Origin: Patescibacteria group bacterium
Lineage (GTDB): Bacteria; Patescibacteriota; Microgenomatia; UBA8517
Reading direction: 5' to 3'
NCBI GenBank assembly: GCA_036381415.1
Contig: DASVCV010000005.1
Span: 1-60,984 of the forward strand
DNA: 60,984 bases
Shown: one piece after another, positions 52,622 to 59,892 of the stretch
How positions within the stretch are numbered: position 1 is the first letter of the stretch
Layout: each line of letters opens with the position of its first letter
Program-made: the position numbers and the translations under genes
The notes under the pieces: model-generated
What the model was told of the DNA's origin: nothing
Database searches by the model: none
Seen by the model: the letters and a program-made list of their open reading frames with translations, nothing else

Positions 52622-55450
52622 ATGGCAAATAAATATTTCGAATCAGTTGATCCAAAAGTTAATTTTCCAGAGCTTGAAAATAAAATTATTAAGTTTTGGA
52701 AGGGTAATGATGTTTTTAAGGAGTCTGTTGAATCCCGGCCTGTTTCTAAAAAATGGAATTTTCTTGATGGTCCTCCTTTTATAACTGGCCTTCCCCATTA
52801 TGGAAGTCTTCTTTCTAGTATTCCAAAGGATTTATTCCCAAGATTCTGGACAATGAAAGGCTACAGAGTCCGTCGTGTTTGGGGTTGGGATTGTCATGGA
52901 TTGCCTGCTGAAAACAAAGTTGAGACTAAATTAGGACTTAAAAGTAAACGCGATATTGAAGAAAAGATTGGTGTAAAGAAATTTATAGATGAATGTAAGT
53001 CATACGTTTCTGAAGTATCTAATGAGTGGGAGTGGTATGTAGATCATGTAGGAAGGTGGGTTGATTTTAAGAATGCATACAAAACAATGGATTTATCTTA
53101 TATGGAATCTGTTATGTGGGTATTTAAGAATATGTATGATAAAGGACATATTTATAAAGGGCTTAGGGTATCTTTGTATTGTCCTCATGATTCAACTCCA
53201 ATTTCTAATTTTGAAGTGGCAATGGATCCTGAAGAAAACTATAAAGATGTTACAGAACCAGCAGATACTTATAAATATAAAGTAAAAGGAGAAGAAGATA
53301 CTTATCTACTTGCCTGGTCAACTACTCCTTGGAATAAACTTGCAACTCCAGCATTGGCAGTCAATCCCAAACTTACCTATGTAAAAGTAAAACAGGGAGG
53401 TAAGTATTATATTTTAGCTAAAACTACTTTAAAAATACTTAACCAGGATGATCCTTACAAAATAATTGAAACATATAAAGGATCAGATCTGGTAGGACTT
53501 GCCTTTGAACCTCATTATGATTTTTATAAAGTAGAACCTGGGAAAAAAGCTTTTGTTGTAGTTGGTGGGGATTTTGTTACAGCAGATGAAGGAACTGGAA
53601 TTGTAACAATTGCTGCATATGGAGAGGAAGATTTGACTCTAATGCAGAAAGAAAATATACAAATAGTTCTTCATGTTGATGATACTGGAATAATTACAAA
53701 AGATTCTCCAGTTGCAGGTGGAATGTATTACTTAGATGCAAATGAAAAGATAAATGAAGATTTAAGAAAAAGAGGATTAATTTATAGAGAAGATAAACTA
53801 ACTCACTCTGTTGCACATTGCTGGAGGTGTCATACCAGGCTTTATTATGCTCCTCAAAATGCCTGGTTTGTAAATGTGCAGGACTTAAAAGCGCGTCTTA
53901 AGAAAAATAATGAAGTTGTAAATTGGTTTCCAAAACATTTTAAATATGGACGCTTTCTTAAGAGCATGGAGGCAGCTCCTGATTGGTGCATATCAAGAAG
54001 CAGGTATTGGGGATCTCCAGTTCCTGTTTGGGAGTGTGAGTGTGGAGAAATGTATGTTCCAGGATCTATTAAGGAATTAGAAGAATTATCAGGAACAAAA
54101 ATAAAAGACTTACATAAACCTGAGATTGATGAAGTAACTATTAAGTGTAAGAAATGCGGCAAAGATGCAAAGCGAGTTCCTGAAGTACTTGATAGCTGGA
54201 TTGAAGCTGGGTCTGCTTCTTTTGCAGAAAGACATTTTCCTTTTGAAAAAGGACTAGATTTAAAGGACTTTTTTCCACCTGATTTTATAGTTGAATATAC
54301 AGGACAGATTAGAGCTTGGTTTTATGTTCTTCATGTAATTGGGACTGCCTTATATGACAGTAATGCCTTTAAAAATGTGGTGGTAACAGGAGTAATTTTG
54401 GGTACTGATGGGAGAAAGATGAGCAAAAACTATGGAAACTATCCAGATCCAAAACAGATGCTTGAGAAGTATGGAGGGGATGCCTTAAGGCTTTATTTAA
54501 TGGGTTCTCCTGTGATGCATGGAGAGGATATCTTAATTTCAGAAGAACAATATAGAAACCAAGTTAGGGGCACACTTTTAATTTTGTGGAATATTTATAA
54601 CTTTTTTGTAACTTATGCAAATATTGATGGATGGAGTCCAAATGCAAAGACAACTAAATCTTTACATGTTTTAGATAAATGGATACTATCACTACTAAAT
54701 AAACTTGTAGAAGAAGTGACTGCGAGTCTTGAAAGCTATGACACAGTAGGTGCGATTGCATCTGTACAGGACTTCATAGGAAATTTATCTAACTGGTACA
54801 TAAGAAGATCAAGAAATAGAGTTGGACCAGGCGCAACAGATGAGGCAGATAAATCTGCTTTTTATGAAACCACACAGAAAGTTTTAACTACCTTAACTGC
54901 AGTTTGTGCACCAATTATTCCTTTTACTGTTGAGGAGATTTATAAAAATCTAACAAAAGAAAAATCTGTCCATCTTAGTAACTGGCCAAAAGCAGATGGT
55001 GAGACTAATGAAAAACTTATAGATCAAATGAAACTAGTAAGAGAAGTTGTAGAAAAAGCACATGCTGTTAGAAAAGAAGAAAAAATACCAGTAAGGAAGC
55101 CGTTATCTGTTTTGAAAGTAAAAAGTCCAAAGGAGAAAGTGGATTCTTCTTTAGTTGACCTTATAAAGGATGAAGTAAATGTTAAAGAAGTAAAGTGGGT
55201 AAAGGGAGAGAGTTTGGAGGTTACCCTTGATACAAAAATAACACCAGAACTTGAGGAGGAGGCAAAGGCTAGAGAATTGGTAAGAAAGATTCAGGGAGAA
55301 AGAAGAAAACTTGGAATGGATCTTACTCAAATGGTAGATGTCACTACAGATTGGATGCCAAAAGACAAGAAGCTAGTTAATTATGTGACTTCCAAAACTC
55401 TAATAAATAATATTTCAGAAGGTGCGTTTAAAGTAGTACCATCTAAATAA
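52622..55450 (+). CDS. ileS: Isoleucine--tRNA ligase
   Basis: PPFITGLPHYGS (HIGH region), GWDCHGLP, editing-domain TTPWT-like TTPWN, KMSKN (KMSKS). Confidence 0.95.
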   Translation: MANKYFESVDPKVNFPELENKIIKFWKGNDVFKESVESRPVSKKWNFLDGPPFITGLPHYGSLLSSIPKDLFPRFWTMKGYRVRRVWGWDCHGLPAENKVETKLGLKSKRDIEEKIGVKKFIDECKSYVSEVSNEWEWYVDHVGRWVDFKNAYKTMDLSYMESVMWVFKNMYDKGHIYKGLRVSLYCPHDSTPISNFEVAMDPEENYKDVTEPADTYKYKVKGEEDTYLLAWSTTPWNKLATPALAVNPKLTYVKVKQGGKYYILAKTTLKILNQDDPYKIIETYKGSDLVGLAFEPHYDFYKVEPGKKAFVVVGGDFVTADEGTGIVTIAAYGEEDLTLMQKENIQIVLHVDDTGIITKDSPVAGGMYYLDANEKINEDLRKRGLIYREDKLTHSVAHCWRCHTRLYYAPQNAWFVNVQDLKARLKKNNEVVNWFPKHFKYGRFLKSMEAAPDWCISRSRYWGSPVPVWECECGEMYVPGSIKELEELSGTKIKDLHKPEIDEVTIKCKKCGKDAKRVPEVLDSWIEAGSASFAERHFPFEKGLDLKDFFPPDFIVEYTGQIRAWFYVLHVIGTALYDSNAFKNVVVTGVILGTDGRKMSKNYGNYPDPKQMLEKYGGDALRLYLMGSPVMHGEDILISEEQYRNQVRGTLLILWNIYNFFVTYANIDGWSPNAKTTKSLHVLDKWILSLLNKLVEEVTASLESYDTVGAIASVQDFIGNLSNWYIRRSRNRVGPGATDEADKSAFYETTQKVLTTLTAVCAPIIPFTVEEIYKNLTKEKSVHLSNWPKADGETNEKLIDQMKLVREVVEKAHAVRKEEKIPVRKPLSVLKVKSPKEKVDSSLVDLIKDEVNVKEVKWVKGESLEVTLDTKITPELEEEAKARELVRKIQGERRKLGMDLTQMVDVTTDWMPKDKKLVNYVTSKTLINNISEGAFKVVPSK

Positions 55451-56487
55451 TGAAGGTTGCCCAGGGAGTATTCAAAAAAGACACAGGACTTGTAATTGGA
55501 GTAATAATTCTAATAGCAATCAGCTTAATAATACTTAGATCTATTGCTCCTTTTGTGTTTCCTCTTTACTTTGTTTATTTAATTGTTGCCATAGCTTTAT
55601 TTATTTTTTTCTCTCAAATTGATTTTGACTCAATTTCTCTTTTTTACGTCTATTTTTACATTGGAAGCATATTTCTACTTATTGCACCATTAGTTATTGG
55701 GCAAGTTACCCGCGGAACTGTCAGGTGGATTCCTTTAGGACCAATTGCCATTCAGCCTGCTGAAATTGTAAGGCCATTTTTATTAGTTTTCTTTGCCAAG
55801 TTTTATACGCTTCGGGAAGTGTCTGTTAAAAGATTTTTGGTTTCAAACTTTTTGTTTTTAGTTCCTTTTTTTCTAATTTTAGTTCAACCTTCCTTGGGGG
55901 TAGCTATTATGACTGCTGTTGGTTATTTAGGAATTGTAATAGCATCTACTTTTAAGAAGAAATATTTGGTTGGATTTGCAGTAATATGTGCAGTGCTGGC
56001 CCCGCTTTTGTGGCAATTCCTTGCACCGTACCAAAAGGGACGCATATTGAGCTTTATATCTGGAACTGATAGCAGCTACAACAGCATTCAATCTATGATT
56101 GCAGTTGGTTCTGGTAGATTTTTAGGAATGGGACTAGGTAAGGGAGTTGAGACTCAATTAGCTTTTTTACCTGAAAAACATACTGACTTTGTGTTTGCTG
56201 CAATTTCAGAAGAATTAGGGTTTGTTGGAGCAGCACTTACAGTTTGTGTTATCTTTTTTGTTCTTTACAGAATTATTAAGATTTTGGAAGTCTCACAGGG
56301 AGTAGGAGCTAGGATATTTATATCTGGTATGTTTCTAACCCTTTTTGTTCAGGTAGTAGTACACATTGGAATGAATATGGGACTTTTTCCTATTACTGGA
56401 CTTCCACTTCCTTTGGTTTCAGCTGGAGGATCTTCACTTGTAGCTACAATGATTGCATTGGGAATGGTGATAGGGGCTAAAAAGTAA
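55450..56487 (+). CDS. rodA: SEDS family protein RodA-like
   Basis: QPAEIVRP, VQPSLG, PEKHTDFVFAAISEELGF.G, PLPLVSAGGSS. TAATG overlap with the ileS stop. Confidence 0.8.
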   Translation: MKVAQGVFKKDTGLVIGVIILIAISLIILRSIAPFVFPLYFVYLIVAIALFIFFSQIDFDSISLFYVYFYIGSIFLLIAPLVIGQVTRGTVRWIPLGPIAIQPAEIVRPFLLVFFAKFYTLREVSVKRFLVSNFLFLVPFFLILVQPSLGVAIMTAVGYLGIVIASTFKKKYLVGFAVICAVLAPLLWQFLAPYQKGRILSFISGTDSSYNSIQSMIAVGSGRFLGMGLGKGVETQLAFLPEKHTDFVFAAISEELGFVGAALTVCVIFFVLYRIIKILEVSQGVGARIFISGMFLTLFVQVVVHIGMNMGLFPITGLPLPLVSAGGSSLVATMIALGMVIGAKK

Positions 56488-56510
56488 TATAATTTTTTTA
56501 GTTTCTTATT

Positions 56511-56984
56511 ATGTCAGAGCCAATATCTGAAGTTCCTACACAGCCAAAAGCACCTAAGGTCATAATTGGGAATTTTGAGCAAAATTCTCCTGAATTTTAC
56601 TTTTATAGACAAGCTGCTGTAACAGAGGGGGTTTCTCCTGATTTTGAGGTAGTTACAACTAGAACAAAACAGCAAGAGTCCTATGTTCAAATGAGGGTTC
56701 CAAAAATTATGGAAAAGAGGATTAAAGATAAAATAAGGAAAGCAATGAGTACACCCCAAGCTAGGGTATTAAGCAAGGCTTATTGGGGGCAGCCAATGGA
56801 GAATGGTGAAATATCAGAGGCTTTTGGAGATAATGAGCAATCTGTAAAACTAACAGAATATTGGAACAGAAGGAAGATAGGTAAGGAAAGTGGAAATACT
56901 ATTGGGATAGAGCCTTTTGCGCCTAGTGAGATGGAAAATCTTATTAATGAGGTATATAATACACTACCGGAGCAGAAAAAATGA
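56511..56984 (+). CDS. Hypothetical protein, translationally coupled to rplU
   Basis: ORF only. ATGA overlap with the rplU start. Confidence 0.4.
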   Translation: MSEPISEVPTQPKAPKVIIGNFEQNSPEFYFYRQAAVTEGVSPDFEVVTTRTKQQESYVQMRVPKIMEKRIKDKIRKAMSTPQARVLSKAYWGQPMENGEISEAFGDNEQSVKLTEYWNRRKIGKESGNTIGIEPFAPSEMENLINEVYNTLPEQKK

Positions 56985-57283
56985 AATACGCAATAGTTAG
57001 GATCAAAGGACACCAATATAAAGTTCATGAGGGAGAGGAAATATTGGTAGACAAAATAGAAGAAAAAAAGGTTGAACCTGAAGTACTTTTGGTGGCAGAA
57101 GAGGACAAAGTTAAGGTTGGAAAGCCAGTTTTAACTGATGCAAAAGTAGGAGTTAAAATTCTAGGGGATGAAAAAGGCGAAAAGATAGTTATTAGGAAAT
57201 TTAAGGCTAAATCACGCTATAGAAGAAAAACAGGTTTTAGAGCATCTCTTACACGTCTTCAGATCTCAAAAATCTCTTTGTAA
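56981..57283 (+). CDS. rplU: 50S ribosomal protein L21
   Basis: MKYAIVRIKGHQYKV.EGE....DKI, KFKAK..YRRK.G.R. Confidence 0.9.
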   Translation: MKYAIVRIKGHQYKVHEGEEILVDKIEEKKVEPEVLLVAEEDKVKVGKPVLTDAKVGVKILGDEKGEKIVIRKFKAKSRYRRKTGFRASLTRLQISKISL

Positions 57284-57325
57284 ATTAAATCGTTTTAATA
57301 TATCAAAGTGTAAAAGAGTACTCTA

Positions 57326-57354
57326 TTGACATCCGTGAAAAGATCAACTAATAT
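57326..57354 (+). promoter_or_regulatory. Promoter: TTGACA (57326-31), 17 nt spacer, TAATAT (57349-54), upstream of rpmA
   Basis: Perfect -35 and spacing. The spacer contains CGTGAAAA (57334-41). Confidence 0.5.
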
Positions 57355-57366
57355 TTAACAAATTAT

Positions 57367-57621
57367 ATGTCAAAACATAAAGCAGCAGGTAAAACAAGAC
57401 AGCACCATAGGCCAAGCGGTAAAAGGCTTGGAGTAAAGGCTTCTGATGGGCAAACAATCAATGCAGGAGCAGTAATAGTAAGACAAAGCGGAACCAGAGT
57501 AAATGCTGGAGTTGGGGCTAAAGTAGGACGTGATCATACAGTGTACGCCAAAGTTGCTGGTCAAGTTAAATTTGGCCAAAGATTGGGTAAAAAGACAGTT
57601 TCAGTGGTAACGGCTAACTAA
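57367..57621 (+). CDS. rpmA: 50S ribosomal protein L27
   Basis: KHKAAGKT....PSGKRLGVK..DGQ.I.AG.VIVRQ.GT. No N-terminal propeptide. Confidence 0.92.
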   Translation: MSKHKAAGKTRQHHRPSGKRLGVKASDGQTINAGAVIVRQSGTRVNAGVGAKVGRDHTVYAKVAGQVKFGQRLGKKTVSVVTAN

Positions 57622-57624
57622 ATT

Positions 57625-58461
57625 ATGGCTGAAGAAATAGTACAGATTAAGGTAGATGAGCTTCAAGCAAATCCCCTTCAACCCAGGGGTATTATTACAC
57701 CTGAAAGTTTAGTTGATTTAGTAGATTCCATTAAAGAACATGGAGTGCTTGAACCCCTTGTTGTAGCTAAAACCCCTGCTGGATACCAAATTATTGCTGG
57801 GGAAAGAAGATGGAGAGCATCCAGACTTGCAGGACTTACTCATGTTCCAGTAATCATTCGTGAAACATCTCCTAAAGGAATGCTTGAGATGGCATTGGTT
57901 GAAAACGTCCAGAGAGTTGATCTTAACCCCTTAGACCGTGCCAAAGGCTTTGAGAGGCTGATGAATGAGTTTGGACTTACTACAAGCGAGATTGCAGTAA
58001 GGATTGGAAAGTCAGTTGCCTATGTTTCAAATTCAATGAGACTTCTTTCACTTCCAGATGCATTAAAGGACGGACTTCTTTCAGGACTTATATCAGAAGG
58101 ACATGCAAGGGCTTTGGCTGCAATTGATGATCCTTCCCTTGTTATTGAGGCATACAAGATAATTTTAAGAGAATCTGGATCAGTAAGAAGAGCAGAGGAA
58201 TTAGCACGCCGAATGAAGGCAAAATCAAAACAGGCACCTAAGCCACAGGCTAGGATGGCTGATATGAGAATAATTAATGAGGAGATAGATAAAATGCAGG
58301 ATGATATGCAAAAGACACTTAGCCTTGGAAATGGAGATAACTCAACTTCAGTAAAACTAGTTAGATCAAGAAGCCAAACAAGATTAACCTTTGTTTTTAG
58401 AGGTTCTGTTGAGGAAACAGAAGGAAGACTTCAAAAGCTTTTTAAAGCTCTTCAGAGTTAA
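57625..58461 (+). CDS. parB: ParB/Spo0J family chromosome-partitioning protein
   Basis: NPLQPR, LEPLVV, IIAGERRWRA, HTH region TTSEIAVRIGKSVAYVSN. Confidence 0.85.
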   Translation: MAEEIVQIKVDELQANPLQPRGIITPESLVDLVDSIKEHGVLEPLVVAKTPAGYQIIAGERRWRASRLAGLTHVPVIIRETSPKGMLEMALVENVQRVDLNPLDRAKGFERLMNEFGLTTSEIAVRIGKSVAYVSNSMRLLSLPDALKDGLLSGLISEGHARALAAIDDPSLVIEAYKIILRESGSVRRAEELARRMKAKSKQAPKPQARMADMRIINEEIDKMQDDMQKTLSLGNGDNSTSVKLVRSRSQTRLTFVFRGSVEETEGRLQKLFKALQS

Positions 58462-59015
58462 AAGGTGAAGGATTTTACAATACCTGCACTTTGAGGTGGC
58501 CAATAGACAATCCAGGCTCTCCCGTTTATTTTTGATCTATCTATAAAGCCAAAGTTTCTTCCATCGTATGAGTGGTCCCGGTTGTCTCCCATTACCATGT
58601 AATTGTTGGCTGGAACAGTAAGTCCTGTACCTTCAGTTGCTACTACTCCTGCTGAAGTGTATTGATTGGGAATTAGGTAAGGCTCTGATATTTGGCTTCC
58701 ATTTACATATACTTTTCCTCCTTTTACCATTACTTTGTCTCCTGGAATGCCAATAATTCTTTTAATAAACTCATCTTTATAATCAGGAGGAGCTTTAAAA
58801 ACAATTACATCTCCATGTTTTGGATTACCAAATCTGTATGAAACTTTATCTGTTAGGAGATATTCTGCATCATGGAAATCCGGCTCCATTGAGCTACCTT
58901 TAATCTTATGAGGCTGCATGACAAGAAGGTATATAAACAAAAAGATTGATACTGCAAAGACAATTACTTGGAGCATGTCCAGAAAGAATGCACCCAAACG
59001 GCTAAAAATATTCAT
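58458..59015 (-). CDS. lepB: Signal peptidase I
   Basis: GSSMEPDF (catalytic Ser), KRIIGIPGD (Lys box), GDNRDHSYDGR. Stop overlaps the parB stop (TTAA). Confidence 0.87.
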   Translation of the reverse strand: MNIFSRLGAFFLDMLQVIVFAVSIFLFIYLLVMQPHKIKGSSMEPDFHDAEYLLTDKVSYRFGNPKHGDVIVFKAPPDYKDEFIKRIIGIPGDKVMVKGGKVYVNGSQISEPYLIPNQYTSAGVVATEGTGLTVPANNYMVMGDNRDHSYDGRNFGFIDRSKINGRAWIVYWPPQSAGIVKSFTF

Positions 59016-59033
59016 ATCTATTAATTATGTATT

Positions 59034-59063
59034 TTGCCATTATTTTAAGCAAGATGGTAAAAT
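59034..59063 (+). promoter_or_regulatory. tRNA promoter: TTGCCA (59034-39), 18-nt spacer including TG, TGGTAAAAT (59055-63)
   Basis: The -10 ends 11 nt before the tRNA 5' end. Confidence 0.45.
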
Positions 59064-59074
59064 ACAAACACCTA

Positions 59075-59148
59075 GGTCGTGTAGCTCAGTTGGTTAGAGC
59101 GCTTGATTCACATTCATGAGGTCGCAGGTTCGACTCCTGCCACGACCA
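59075..59148 (+). tRNA. tRNA-Val (anticodon CAC)
   Basis: Manual cloverleaf. Acceptor GGTCGTG/CACGACC, D arm GCTC-AGTTGGTTA-GAGC, anticodon arm CTTGA-TTCACAT-TCATG (one U-U mismatch at 28:42). Variable loop AGGTC, T arm GCAGG-TTCGACT-CCTGC, discriminator A. CCA is not encoded. Confidence 0.85.
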
Positions 59149-59547
59149 CTACTTACAAATATATGATTTTACAGAATCTTTTTGTGAAGAGTTAAGAGAG
59201 TCAAAATCTTCTTTTACTGTGCGGTCATCTACTTTTTGAGTCTCAGTTCCCAAGACATTATTTACCAAACCAGATGAGACTAGTACCTTTTTAATTGGAT
59301 CTGGAGTGCTCTCTGATGTAGCAATTGATCTTAAAAAACCTCCACCTTTAAGAATTATTACTCCTCCAATTGCAGCAGTTAAAAGTATACCCACCATTAA
59401 TCCCATGCCGGCTCCTGAGAAGTTCCATTCAAAAAACATTCTGCTCCATTTTGCCATTAATAGAAGTACTACAAAGCCTACTGCACCAATAATAATAAAT
59501 ATTAATGTGGATTGTGGTATTGATATATCTGGCAGGTTAATACTCAC
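59149..59547 (-). CDS. Hypothetical membrane protein
   Basis: GTG start, two or three TM helices, charged C-terminus. The stop codon abuts the tRNA 3' end. TATACT (59559-59554, minus strand) lies 6 nt upstream of the GTG. Confidence 0.4.
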   Translation of the reverse strand: MSINLPDISIPQSTLIFIIIGAVGFVVLLLMAKWSRMFFEWNFSGAGMGLMVGILLTAAIGGVIILKGGGFLRSIATSESTPDPIKKVLVSSGLVNNVLGTETQKVDDRTVKEDFDSLNSSQKDSVKSYICK

Positions 59548-59635
59548 ATAATTAGTATATATAATTTGTCTATAAAAAGTAAAATGCTTTCTATGACGAG
59601 TGTTTTACTTTTAAAACTTTTTTAAAGTTACGCCA

Positions 59636-59662
59636 TTGACAGGCATATATTGATGCTATATT
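59636..59662 (+). promoter_or_regulatory. Promoter candidate: TTGACA (59636-41) and extended -10 TGcTATATT (59654-62)
   Basis: Perfect -35 but a short 15-nt spacer to TATATT. Followed by a strong SD. Confidence 0.4.
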
Positions 59663-59686
59663 TTTATGTTTGAGGAGGTGATATTT

Positions 59687-59848
59687 ATGAATTGTGCCAA
59701 ATGTAAAGGAGAAGCAGAAGGATACAAATGTGCAATTTGTGGTGAAGAAGCAGAAAAGAGTGAAGGACATGAACATGAAGGATCTGACCGTTATATGACT
59801 GCAAAGTGTAAAAACTGTGGGGAAGCAGATGTACACTGCAGCTGCTAA
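59687..59848 (+). CDS. Small Cys/His-rich protein (53 aa; two CxxC...CxxC-type knuckle pairs)
   Basis: SD GAGGAGGTGA 59672-81 lies 5 nt before ATG 59687. MNCAKCKGEAEGYKCAICGEE...HEHE...CKNCGEADVHCSC has 8 Cys and 3 His. Confidence 0.5.
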   Translation: MNCAKCKGEAEGYKCAICGEEAEKSEGHEHEGSDRYMTAKCKNCGEADVHCSC

Positions 59849-59879
59849 AAATTGAATCGTTCTAAGGGTGTGAATGGGT

Positions 59880-59885
59880 TATAAT
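59880..59885 (+). promoter_or_regulatory. -10 box TATAAT, 7 nt upstream of ATG 59893
   Basis: tataat, then tgttttg, then ATG. Confidence 0.4.
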
Positions 59886-59892
59886 TGTTTTG

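Noticed and set aside
57284-57366. Missing Prp (YsxB) protease gene or an L21 leader RNA between rplU and rpmA
   Set aside because: The gap is only 83 nt and is well explained by a TTGACA-N17-TAATAT promoter. L27 starts MSKHKAAGK with no cleavable extension.
57859-57867. parS site inside parB (cGTGAAACA)
   Set aside because: Only the right half of the 16-bp palindrome matches. The left half (aatcattc) matches only 2 of 8 consensus positions.
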